From: Octopus sinensis
Lineage: Eukaryota
Reading direction: 5' to 3'
DNA length: 64,000 bases
NCBI RefSeq assembly: GCF_006345805.1
Contig: NC_043006.1
Coordinates: 41,416,001-41,480,000 of the forward strand
A model generated the notes under the pieces. It ran no database searches and was not told the DNA's origin. It worked only from the letters and a program-made list of their open reading frames with translations. Below are positions 27,572 to 40,130 of this stretch, in pieces; positions within the stretch are counted from its first letter, which is position 1, and each line of letters starts with the position of its first letter. A program made the position numbers and the translations under genes.

Positions 27572-27736
27572 AATGTATGTATCTAAATTAATTTTTACAA
27601 GGAAAATGTTGATATTGACTTCGAGGACACCACCAACATTTTCCTTGCAATAATTAAAAAAATTATGCACTCTAATAAAAACCTTCCAGTTTAATGTTAA
27701 ATACGATTTTATATAAGCTTCTTTTAAAAGCAGTTA

Positions 27737-27788
<52 letters not shown>

Positions 27789-28411
27789 ACTTCTTGTATA
27801 AGTTTTTACCTAATACGGTTCATATCGAAACTACTTGGTGAAATTTATTAATTATAAATTAATAATTTTTAGCCTATATATATATATATATATACATATA
27901 TACATATATATATGCGTGGGTGTGTGGGTGTGGGTGTGACATATGTATATGTGCATACACGCACGAACACATACACGTATACGCTTTGTCAGTCTGAGCT
28001 GTCCGATCAGTTGGTGTCGGATAATTCCGCCAGTCAGTTTATATATATATTTACCATAGAAATTTATGGATGACTTAGCGGAATCCTAATGCGTATACAA
28101 AAAACTAATATAAACACCTAGACGCATTATAATATCCTAAAGGAAAAATTCAGTCGTCGCTAGATGTCAGTAAGCGTGACAAGACAGCTAGATTGCTATA
28201 AGTAGGAATAAGAAACTCCTTGTCCTATAGGAAGACCGCATATACATATACATATGCGCTGACAGGGGAAGAAACCGCCCTATTACCGAATCAAAAATCT
28301 TTCTAGAATATGTGTATACATTTGCGCTCTTCCAACAGGACAAGGAGTATCTTACCCCTGTTTCTAGCAATGTCGATGTATCGGCATCCTTAGTCATATT
28401 TAGTGACGATT

Positions 28412-28468
<57 letters not shown>

Positions 28469-28469
28469 T

Positions 28470-28770
28470 TTAGCCCCGAGCCAGCCAAAACTTTGTGAGC
28501 AGATTTGGCAAAAGGAAACTAAAGGAAGCCTGTCGTATATCTATCTATCTATATACGTGTGTGTGTGTGTCATTGTATGTGTGTTTGTACCTCACGACAA
28601 TTTGATAACTGGTATTGGTTTGTTTACCTCCCCGTAATTTAGCGGTTCGGGAAAAAGACTGATAGAATAAGCACCAGGCTTAAAATAATGATTTACACTA
28701 AACTTCTTCAAAGCAGTAGCCCAGCATGGCCACTGACCTATGATTGAAAGAAGTAAAAAATAAAAATAAA
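28470..28770 (+). mobile_element. CORE-like SINE family C composite (truncated head, microsatellite, tail)
   Basis: GCCAAAACTTTGTGAGCAGATTTGG..GAAGCCTGTCG, then the tail TTGATAACTGGTATTGGTTTGTTTACCTCCCCG...CAGCATGGCCACT..TGATTGAAAG. Confidence 0.8.
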
Positions 28771-28895
28771 GATAAAATAGATAGATAGATAGATAGATAG
28801 ATAGATTGATAGATAGATAGATAGATGGATAGACAGACAGACAGATAGACATACATACAGACAGACAGACAGACAGACAGATAGATAGATAGATA

Positions 28896-28933
<38 letters not shown>

Positions 28934-29617
28934 TGAGAGACTGCTTTCTTTATATATGCGTATATATATATGGCTGTATGTATTTATGCTTATTTGTTTG
29001 TGTGTGTTTGTGTGTGTGTGTGTGTATGTGTGTGTGTGTGTGGAGTTCCCTACACACAAATGGACAGCTGAATTTCCAAGTCATGCAGCGAAGGAGACGA
29101 ATTAATTTTATTTGTTAAATATACAAACACAATCATTCATTTGTACAAACTACTATCGTAGCTATTCTGTTATTATTATAACTTCGTCTTTAAAATATTC
29201 ATAGAATATTTCTTTTCACATGAATTTTACCGCTACCCAATTGACTGTGCCTAAACGCTGTCTGTTTCAATTTAATATTAGAACTGGCAGTTAAATTATT
29301 CTAGATTTATTATGGAATGCCTTGTATTTGAAGTTACAAAAATAACCAACCAGTTTTTATTCTTCAGTTCAAGCAAATTATCATTGTTTAACCTGCAACT
29401 TCTTTCAGCGAAAACATACAAGTGAACATTTTCTCCATTAACTATGGCCCTAAAATGCATGACTTTTTGAGTGTTAAATATGACAAAGATAAACACAAAG
29501 AGCATTACATGGAATTTCTCTGTAGTGATTGACTTGAACACCGTGTAGAATTTTGGGGCGTTGACGTTTTCAGTCGATTTCAACCATCAATCTATCTATC
29601 TATCTATCTATTTATCC

Positions 29618-29720
<103 letters not shown>

Positions 29721-30223
29721 AATCTATCTATCTAGCTATTTATCTATCTAGCTAGCTATTTGTCTGTCTGTCTCTCTTTGTCTCTCTCTCTCTCTTCCTC
29801 CCTCACTCTCGCTCTCAGCTCTGTCCCTGTGTATATATATATATATAAAAGTAGGGAATATAATTCCAAAACTTATAGGAAAAACTCAATTTAATAATTT
29901 TAAATCAAAATTCACTATACATATATGTATATGATTTAGAAGAAAAACCTCTATTAAACAATTGAATAAAGATGTTATTCACACCATATAGAAAAGATGT
30001 TGTTCACACCATATAGAAAACATATACTTCTATTTACTATTTTTGTACTTTATTGATTTTTAAAATAAGTTTTTTTTATAGTATATGTTTTCTATATGCT
30101 GTGAATAATATCTTTCTTTATTGAATTGTTTAATAGCGGCTGGTTTTTCTCTAAATTATATATATATCTCTCTATCTCTCTCTCTATATATATATATATA
30201 CACATATATATATACATATATAC

Positions 30224-30312
<89 letters not shown>

Positions 30313-30341
30313 GAGAGAAAGAGAGAGAGAAATATACAGAC

Positions 30342-30388
<47 letters not shown>

Positions 30389-30393
30389 CAGAC

Positions 30394-30476
<83 letters not shown>

Positions 30477-31046
30477 GGAATAGATGGAAAAATAGATAGG
30501 TAGATATCTTCTATATAATAAATGCTTCCCCTTTCATTTTTGCCATCGACCAATAGAAATGCAGCTCATCCCATCATTAGCCTCAATTGTAATTGTATTC
30601 TGCTCCAGAAACTCGCAATCAGCAATTACAGGTATTCAGCAGTTTGGATTATTTTAGTTTCTGGGTTTGATTCTAGGAAGGGACGAACACGTTTGATTTC
30701 CACTTTCCAGTGCAAATTGGTACAAGTGAAATACCATCTTAAAATAGTCGCCTCTAAATTTCCCCTCAAAGCAAAATGTAATAAATTGATCAAATCCTTT
30801 TATTTTGTACCGTTTATGCCTAAGTCAGCCATGTTTAAGCAAAGGTATATGTGACAAAAGGTATTCCGACTGAGATCACCCTTTCTGTCGTATGTATAGG
30901 ACTATATAGTTAAATGTGTCCTTCCTTTCCCTTCGCACACTCGTACACGCACATACAAAACACACACATACACAAAAACACACGCACACATATATGTATC
31001 ACTCCTAAACACATACACTCACACACATATGTATGTAGTATATATA

Positions 31047-32177
31047 TTGGGTCATCCTATAAATAATGCGTATTTTACAATTTCATAAAATAAAAGTTGG
31101 AGGGAGACACAATAAACTACCTGCTTCAACTTCTTATAAAAGCAGGTAGTAATTTTACCTTGTACTTCTTCTTAGTGAAAGCTTTGAAGAGTGCAGTTCA
31201 ATTTTAGTAGTTATTTTTTTTCAAAGCTATAATGGAAGCGACAAAGGAGCATATTCGGCATATTTTGCGCGAGGAATATTTATGCAGTATATGGAGACCG
31301 GACAATAAGCGTAAGCCAAAAATATCAATGGTGGTTCCAGAAATTCTGAGTCGGAAATTACAGCCTAGAAGACGAGACCCATCCTGAAAGATGTGTAAAG
31401 CTCGATGAGGACGTCATGTATACTTTACTGAAACAAAATCCCATAGTAACTGTTGAGGAACTAGAAGAGAAGCTTTGATTTGTTCATTCAACCATTCATC
31501 GATACCAGCGTGCCATCGAAAAAGTCAGCAAAGTGGGTCATTCCGAGTCTAATCGCGTGCAGAGAGTGAATGAGTGCTTTTCTTTGCTGTCACGTCTCTC
31601 GAATGAACAGTTTTTGGACCGAATAGTGACTGTTGACAAGAAATGGGTTCTCTATAAAAATGTCAAGCGCCCAAAACAGTGAGTAGGGAAAGGAGAAACA
31701 CCGGCACCCCAGGCTAAAGAAGGTCTTCACCCACGCAAGGTGTTGTTTTCTGTTTGGTGGGATAGAAAGGTTTAGTCCACTTTAAACTTTTAAATCCAAG
31801 CAAAACGATATCTTCTATCAGGATAATCCTCGGCTACATATAGCGAGGTTGACATCCCCCCTACCATGTCCACCGGACATTGCCCCATCTGATTATCATT
31901 TATTCCGCAGTTTTCAAAATCATTTGGAAGGGAAAAATAGGAATGTTTTATACGAGGTCAGAACAGTAATGTAGGAGTATTTTTCGTCATGGACTAATGA
32001 ATTTTGGAATAGGAGCCTATCAAGTATACCAGATAGATGGAAGAGCATTGTAGAAAATGAAGGAGAGTATATTTTAGATTAAAAAAAGAACTTTGTTTAT
32101 CTTCATTTTGAAAAAGAAAAGAAGTATAAAAAAGAAAAGAAGGTATACAAAAACCGCAACTTTATAGGACGATCCAA
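31047..32177 (+). mobile_element. Mariner element with internal deletions, transposase pseudogene (ATG at 31232)
   Basis: TIR pair TTGGGTCATCCTATAAAT and reverse complement TTGGATCGTCCTATAAAG with TA flanks. Segments MEATKEHIRHIL, VTVDKKWVLYKNVKR, LHPRKVLFSVWWD and PSDYHLFRSFQNHL. Confidence 0.88.
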
Positions 32178-32261
32178 TACACAAACACACACACACACAC
32201 GCGCGCGCGCGCGCGCACAAACACACAGACATACAGCCACACACATTGACACACACAAACA

Positions 32262-32314
<53 letters not shown>

Positions 32315-32374
32315 TAGCTAGATAGATAGATAGATAGATACATACATACATACATACATACATACATACATACA

Positions 32375-32405
<31 letters not shown>

Positions 32406-32406
<1 letters not shown>

Positions 32407-32660
32407 CAGGGTGCTGGAAGACACTGTGGTTGGAAACAGGACATTGCAACATGTCACACAAGCACAAGCAGGATAACACACTCATGCCTGTCAGACAATT
32501 TCTGCGACCACATGACCCCTAACATCTGGCCTCCTAACTCCTCAGACTACAAACCCCTTGCTTTCTACATGTGAGGTGCAGGTGAGCGAGAGACCGACAA
32601 AACTCCCTGTGACATAAAAAAAACAACTCAACGTAACGATTATGGCAGCATTCACCTTGC
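32406..32660 (+). mobile_element. maT/DD37D-like Tc1/mariner transposase fragment
   Basis: WKQDIATCHTS and FCDHMTPNIWPPNSSDYKPL..*GAGERETDKTPC match the QDxAPxH and WPPNSPDxNPLD..VWG motifs. Confidence 0.7.
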
Positions 32661-32924
32661 TTATATATATATTCTTATTATTATTATTATTATTATTACA
32701 ATACAATAATATTATTTTCCAGTTAGAAATAGCACCGTAAATGCACAATCATAAATAGGAAATAGTGGCACATCAAGTTACCAGATTACATTAGAAATAT
32801 CAGGCGATAGCCGTTCGACTCTAGGTAAAGCTTCACTGAATTTACAGAGGCAAAAATGAGCTCGGGCGGCTCATATAGAAAAATTTCGTCTTTCTTTTAG
32901 GAAGTACCTCAGAGAAATGGACAA

Positions 32925-32996
32925 CCTAGTACTCGAGTTTCGAACTTTTAAGAATAGGTTTGTTATCGTAAAACTGATTGTTCCTCATCAGGTATT
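32925..32996 (-). ncRNA. Hammerhead-like motif, core intact, stem I broken
   Basis: AATAC-CTGATGA-G-GAAC..long loop..GTTC-GAAA-CTCGAG-TA-CTAGG; stem III is the palindrome ACTCGAGT. Confidence 0.6.
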
Positions 32997-33117
32997 TCTA
33001 CCGAAGAGACTATATTTAAAATATCCACTGCATCAATGCCTGTATACTCGGCTAACAACACCAGCCATAAACAGAATCGACATCAGTGAAAAAATAAATC
33101 CATTCTCTTCGGTAGAC

Positions 33118-33188
33118 CTAGCTGACGAGGACCAAACACTTTTACGATACCAAACATATTCTGAGTAATTTCGAAACGCAAATACTAG
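33118..33188 (+). ncRNA. Hammerhead-like motif, core and stem I intact, stems II/III decayed
   Basis: CTAG-CTGACGA-GGAC..TTTC-GAAA-CGCAAA-TA-CTAG. Confidence 0.55.
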
Positions 33189-33370
33189 ATAGTCCATTTT
33201 TCTGGCATTCTTCCTAGAATTAAGACGAATTTTTTTATATTTGCTGCCCGCACTTATCTTTGCCTCTAAACATTCAGCGAAGCTTTACTTAGCGTAGAAC
33301 GGTTATCGACTACTATTTCAAGCAACATTTGGTACATTTTTGTGCCACTATTTCCTATATATATATATCC

Positions 33371-33445
<75 letters not shown>

Positions 33446-36189
33446 ATATATGTATATATATATATATGTATGTATGTATGTATGTAAGTACACACGTAAA
33501 CACACATATACGATATGTATATATGTGTGTGTATATATGTATATATATATATATATGTGTGTGTATGTATGAATAGATAGATAGACACATGCATCCATAC
33601 GTACTTACATACATAGAAATATACCGGTATGTATATAATATTCTCTTTATAACGTTTTTAATTTCTAATCACATATGCTTCGTCCAAACTAAATTTAGAT
33701 AATCTAGGTATTGAGGCTGGAAACGTGGACAGAATACTGTGATAACGATTTACAAAAGATAATTTTAGTTAAACTTATGTTTGTCTTCGAAATATTAGAT
33801 TTTGTTGCGATAAATTTCTGTGAGACCGAATCAATTTCACTCAGAGCAGTAGAAGCACGTTCGAAGCTAGAACCACCATGTTGAACACACATACACGCAC
33901 GTACACCCATACATGCATATACACATAGTAAATGAACAAGCATGCACACATATACACGCTCTCTCTCTTTCAGCATTCTATACATATATGCGAGATACAT
34001 ATAGGCAGACACAATATACCATATTTGACGACAGTACTGACGGATGGGCTTTGTCATATGCACCCCAATTTCAGCAGCACATACTAACATATTAGGAAAA
34101 ACATCGGCCTTTTGGGGGACCAATAGGATGATATTTTTGAGAGGTATTTCATGGCCTATAAGACCTAAAAATGTGCTCCTTACAGGCCACTAAATACGCC
34201 ACATAGATATGTGTGTATGTATGAACGTATGCTTGCATGTGTATATATATATTTGTCCTTGTGCGTGTGTGTGTATGTGTTTGTGAAATTTCAGTTATTG
34301 TTTCGATTGCAGTAATTTTTAATAGAGTGGGAACTCATTGCTATAAGTAGAGTAGACGTTTCGTATTTGAGTTACTTCTTTCAGCTCAGAATATTGCATC
34401 ACTCTGTGTTTCATATGAATGCCCATGAATATTATATACAGACTGGGTTTGCTGGGGAAGGGAAGCTCCCTTCAGTCGATATTATCAATGCTTCTCCTAC
34501 TTATATTTGTAAGCTTCTGTTTTAGTGGCTTTACATTTATCAGCTAAACTGAACTTATAATTGTATTGTCATCATCTAGGTGATATTTATTTTCGTGACA
34601 GCACTTACTAATCAACATATATCGCTTACATAACAATTCTGCTGTTTTCATCAGGAGGCAGAATACCTCATAAGTCAAGTTTAATATAAACAAGGCAATT
34701 TCAACGTCGTTAATGTCGCTGTCATTTTCTATTATATATAGTTGTATAATAAGTGAAACAGATAGGATAGAATTTCTTTTCTGCCGCCATCTCTATCTGA
34801 AATTGCTTCAATCATATGAGCATGCAGCATAGACAGAACTATTAAGGCTATAACTCATATATGCATACACCTATCTCTGTCTCTATCTTCCCCACTCTAT
34901 CTATTTACAAACACGCGCTCTCACTTCCCGATGTGAAATTCCTCAATCTGAATTGTCACAAGTGCCATGTCATTATTGACATTTATAGACTCCCAAAAGT
35001 TTAGTTCACATACTCAATTTTTCGGAAACGCATGACCAACACACACACATATAGACAAGTGTACATACGAAAGCAAAGCACACACACACACACACACGCA
35101 CACATACATACACACATACACACACACACACACTCATGCGCATATATGCATATATGTTGTCTTTTAATCTTTTAGTTGTTTCAGTTATAAGAAGAATTTT
35201 AAAGAATCTTTAGTCGAACGAATCGATTCTAGCATTTTTTTAAAAGCCTGGCGCCCATTATTTATATCCCTTACTTTTGCTGACCCAGTAGCCTACGGGG
35301 ACGTAAACAAACCAATACCGTTTGTCAAGTGCTGTGTTGGGGGTGAGAAACACAGGCACAAACACTGACACAGACACAAACACACACACACACACACACA
35401 CGTAGGCAATAGGTCTCACATCTTGGGAGAAACGACAGGTGTGACAAACTGATGTTTTAGCCTGGAGGAGATATGTCCCGCGTCCACACAATGCTGCCTT
35501 CATAACCAATTCCATACTTACTTTAAGGAGCACCTGTGTCCTCTTCTCTCTCTCTCTATCTCTCTCTTTCTCTCTCCTTCTCCGTCTCTCACCATCTCTT
35601 TCTATGACACACACACACACTTAAATATATACATATACACACACAAACACACATACACATACTTGCAGACACAGAGACATAGTGACACATCTACATGTGT
35701 ATGTGCTAAAGAGCCCTCTCCCTCCTTCCCTCCACCTTTTTCTGTCTCTCTAGTTCTCTCTATGTATTTCTCTCTCTCTCTTTAGCTCTCTTCCTTTCTA
35801 CCTCTTTCTACCTCCCTAATTCACTCTACCATTCTTTCTCTTTGAGCAAACAGTTTGCTGTTGTTATTGTTTAATAGGAAGTGACGAATAGAGCTACAAT
35901 AGAGTAGCATCCTCTCCATGGGGAAATATGTTTGTTCACTCACACAACATAGCTGAGAGAGAAAGAGAGAGCGGGAGAGAAACGTGTGGGTGTGGGTGTG
36001 GGTGTGCGCCTGTGCTTGTGTGTGTATGTGGGTGTGTGCTTAGAACTATGTAGTTTGAAGCAAGCTCCTTATCACACACTCAATCCTGCAACCATATAAA
36101 ATAAATAGATAGGAATGGAGTCGATTCATATAGTCGACGCTGTGTGCAATTATTATTTTATTGTTTCATTATTACATTTTACTTGAACT

Positions 36190-36850
36190 GAAACGGGCTG
36201 GCAGGATCGTTAGAACGCCGGGCAAAATGGTTAGCGAAAGTTCTTCTGGCCTTCAATTTCTAATTTCCAATTCCGCCAATATTGACTTTGCTTTTCATCC
36301 TTTCGGAGCCGATAAAGCAAATGCGTGACCGTCGAGCACTGGGGTCGATTTAATCGACTCAATCTCCACCCCGAAGTAGCTCAACTAGTGCCAAAATCTG
36401 GAATCAATGTTACGGTTTACTCGAAGGCGAACGGGCTGGCAGAATCGTTACCACGCCGGGCGAAATGCTTAGTGGTATTTCGACTGTTTTTACGTTCTCA
36501 ATTCAAATTCCGCCGAGGTCGACTTTGCCTTTCATCCTTTCGGGGTCGATAAATTAAGTATCAGTTGCGTAATGGGGTCGATCTAATCGACTGGTCTCCT
36601 CCCACCAAATTTCGAACTTTGTGCCTAGATTAGAAAAGAGTCGTTACCACGCCGGACAAAATTCTTGGCAGAATTTCTTCTGACCTTAAATTCTGAGTTA
36701 AAATTCCACCGAGGAACACTGTCTTTCATCCTTTCGGATTCGATAAAATAAGTACCAGTTGAGCACTGATTTTGATGAAGTAAGTACCAGCTGAGCACTG
36801 AATATTTCACTACCTCGTAACTTCAGGCCTTCTACCTATAACAGAAATTA
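36190..36850 (+). mobile_element. Cluster of 3-4 tandem SINE family M copies
   Basis: Repeated GGGCTGGCAG(G/A)ATCGTTA..CGCCGGGC..AAATTCCGCC..CATCCTTTCGG..GATAAA units. Confidence 0.85.
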
Positions 36851-37124
36851 TTATTGTTTTACTCCGCAACAAATGTACAGCATCTTACCGTTACATACTT
36901 TAGATTCACAGAAAGCTTAATGTCAGGGATTAACGAGTTAATAATAAATGATAATTTTTTTCGTTTTGTTGATTGGCTGATAGTTAAGAATTATTGTAGG
37001 TTTAGAGAAATCTTTGCACGGAGGGTAAAGACACCTGGTACAGGTGTGTGTGTGAGTGCGCTCGCGGTTTCTATGTGAGTGTGTGTGCGTGTGTCCGTAT
37101 GTGTGTATCTTCTTTTATTTTTTA

Positions 37125-37300
37125 TCTTTTACTTGTCTCAGTCATTAGACTGCGGCCATGCTGGGGCACTGCCTTCAAAGATTTTAGTCGAACGAATTGA
37201 CAAGTGTAGCTTTTTTTTCCTTTTAAAGCGTGATACTTATACCATCGATCTCTTTTGAGGACGTAAACATACCGACATCGGTTGTCCAGCAGAAGTGGTG
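37125..37300 (-). mobile_element. SINE family C tail
   Basis: CAGTCATTAGACTGCGGCCATGCTGGGGCACTGCC..GGACGTAAACATACCGACATCGGTTGTC. Confidence 0.75.
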
Positions 37301-37509
37301 AACAAACACAGATACAGAGACAGATACATACATAAATACATACACACACATATATATATATATATTTGTTTGTACACCTGTCTTTATCTTTTATCTTTCT
37401 GTAAATTTCAACTATATATATACAAAGAGCGTCGTATACATCTTGAGAACTACGATTTTCCTGTTATATAAATGTTTACATAATTGTTTATATATATATA
37501 TAATAAATG

Positions 37510-37755
37510 CGCACTTTGAAAGCCTAGCCAGGCTCATGGGCCCGGTTTCCCGGTTTCTATGGCGTATGTGTTCCCTAGCTGGATGGGACGCCAGTCCATC
37601 GCAGCGTTACTCATTTTTGCCAGCTGGGTGGACTGGAGCAACGTGAAATGAAGTGTTTTGCTCAAGAGCACAACGGGTCGCCCGGTCCAGGAATCGAAGC
37701 CACAATCTTATGATCATGTTGGTGACACCCTAACCACTAGGCCACGCGCTTCCAC
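37510..37755 (-). mobile_element. tRNA SINE, head B/CORE-like plus V-domain-like tail
   Basis: Minus strand GTGGAAGCGCGTGGCCTAGTGGTTAGGG..GCTTCGATTCCTGGACC..CTTGAGCAAAACAC..GCGATGGACTGGCGTCCCATCCAGC..CATAGAAACCGGGAAACCGG. Confidence 0.85.
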
Positions 37756-37774
37756 ACACACACACACACACACA

Positions 37775-38216
37775 CATCATATATATAAAAACAGGAAAAT
37801 CGTAGTTCTGAAGATGTGTATACGACGGTCTTCTATTGCACTGACCTGACCATTGTCGCAATAGATTGCTGCATCTATGTAGTCCCACATATAAGCTATA
37901 GTTTATTGCGTAACGCCTTTTGCCATGTCAATCATATCAGTTCATGCAGACACACAAACACACACACGCACACACAGACACACACACACACCACACATCA
38001 TATATATAAAAACAGGAAAATCGTAGTTCTGAAGATGTATACGACGGTCTTTCTATTGCACTGACCTGACCATTGTCGCAATAGATTGCTGCATTCTATG
38101 TAGTCCCACATATAAGCTATAGTTTATTGCGTAACGCCTTTTGCCATGTCAATCATATCAGTTCATGCAGACACACAAACAGACACACGCACACACAGAC
38201 ACACACACACACACAC
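37775..38216 (+). repeat. Recent tandem duplication, 221-bp unit x2
   Basis: Units starting at 37775 and 37996 (CATCATATATATAAAAACAGGAAAATCGTAG...) are nearly identical. Confidence 0.9.
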
Positions 38217-38429
38217 ACAAACACATACACATATTCACAAGCATACAGTCAAACACATACGACATAAAGGTAAAGCTGGCTATTATTACTAGCCTATAAC
38301 ATCGGGTGATAAACTTTATTATTACTAACTATTTTTTTTATGTGGAGCTTTAATTAAGGAAAACACAAATTATGCCTGTAGCTACATATACGCAAATGGA
38401 TATAGACACCGGAACAAGCGTATATGAAT

Positions 38430-38605
38430 ACATATATAAATGTATATATATATATATATATTATATATATATATATTATATAATATATATATATAATATA
38501 TATATATACACAATTATAGATATATATATATATATGTATATGCATACATATGCATATGTATACATATACATATACATGCATGTATATTTATATAAGCATA
38601 TATAT

Positions 38606-38637
<32 letters not shown>

Positions 38638-38654
38638 AATATATATGTATATAC

Positions 38655-38714
<60 letters not shown>

Positions 38715-38944
38715 TGTATATATGTATAATGAAATGTTAGGTTATGGAAAGACATGCATAGATACATAAACACAGCTACACGTGGGAAGAGATACGTAAA
38801 CATTCGCAGATTCATATCTAAAAATATATACATTACTCCCGAATATACATAATTATCGACTACCACCCATCCATCCATCCAGCTATACACCTGTCAATTT
38901 GTTCGTGTGTGTGTGTGTATGTGTGTGTGTGTGTGTGTGTGTGT

Positions 38945-38980
<36 letters not shown>

Positions 38981-39182
38981 TGTGTCTATACATATATATA
39001 AGCAAATAGATAGATATATATATAGACAGGTTGGTGTATAGATATACATATATATATTTACACACACACGCACACACACACACATATATATATATATGTA
39101 TAATATACATATACGTATAATATATATATATATAATATATATATATTATATATATATATATATATACATATATATATACATA

Positions 39183-39213
<31 letters not shown>

Positions 39214-39634
39214 ATATATATATATATATATGTACATGTATATATATACATATATTCACATACACATTTACACACATATACATATATATACACACACATA
39301 TGCACACACTCCCATACACACACACACATACGTATATATATTATATATATAATAATATATATATATATATATATAATATATATGGATAAGTAGATTTAGC
39401 TATACATGTAAACAATACACTGTTACACATAGATATATTCATATGTCCATTCGTCCATTCATCCAACCAATGGCCTGTGTATACATAAAACGTATACACA
39501 CACATAAAAATGTATAGCTGATATCCTGATATTTCAGTCTGATCAGGCTGCAAGAAATGTGTAGAAAATATGAGAGAATAGCTAGTGGTAATACGGTCTG
39601 TCAGCACATACGCGTACAAAGATTTAGCAGTGCA

Positions 39635-39666
<32 letters not shown>

Positions 39667-39700
39667 CATACATACATACATACATACATGCATGCATACA

Positions 39701-39733
<33 letters not shown>

Positions 39734-40050
39734 GTATATAGATACGCACATATATATGCATATAGATACCTACATTCATACATACACACACATATATATG
39801 TATATAGATACATACATTCATACATACACACACACATATATATATTTGTGTATATATATAGATCCATGCATGTATGTATATATGTATATATATATATATA
39901 CATATATATGTATGTATATATATATATATATATGTATATATACTTGTATGTATGTATGTACATAGAATATGTTTACATATATGTACACATTAATACACAC
40001 ATATATATATATATAAGAAGATATATGTATATGAATGTATATATATGTAA

Positions 40051-40112
<62 letters not shown>

Positions 40113-40130
40113 GCAAGCACACATACACAC
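38430..40130. repeat. Large compound (TA)/(CA)/(TACA) microsatellite field
   Basis: Directly visible, with short unique interruptions. Confidence 0.9.

Larger units (their letters stand above)
32915..33199. repeat. Head-to-head inverted repeat (~94-bp arms, 96-bp spacer), each arm carrying a hammerhead-like motif
   Basis: The reverse complement of 32915-33008 aligns to 33105-33199 (CTCTTCGGTAGA..CTGA(T/C)GAGGA..TTTACGATA..TTCGAAAC..TACTAG..GTCCATTT). Confidence 0.85.

Noticed and set aside
27795-27842. Hammerhead-like relic (CCTAATA...TCGAAAC...GGTGAA)
   Set aside because: Three core mismatches and stem register is off by one.
28340-28410. Possible exon after CTCTTCCAACAG (DKEYLTPVSSNVDVSAS)
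   Set aside because: No good donor before the microsatellite and no homology I can recognise.
29975-30020. 25-bp tandem duplication (GATGTT(A/G)TTCACACCATATAGAAAA x2)
   Set aside because: Only two units with no spacers; not a CRISPR array, just ordinary slippage.
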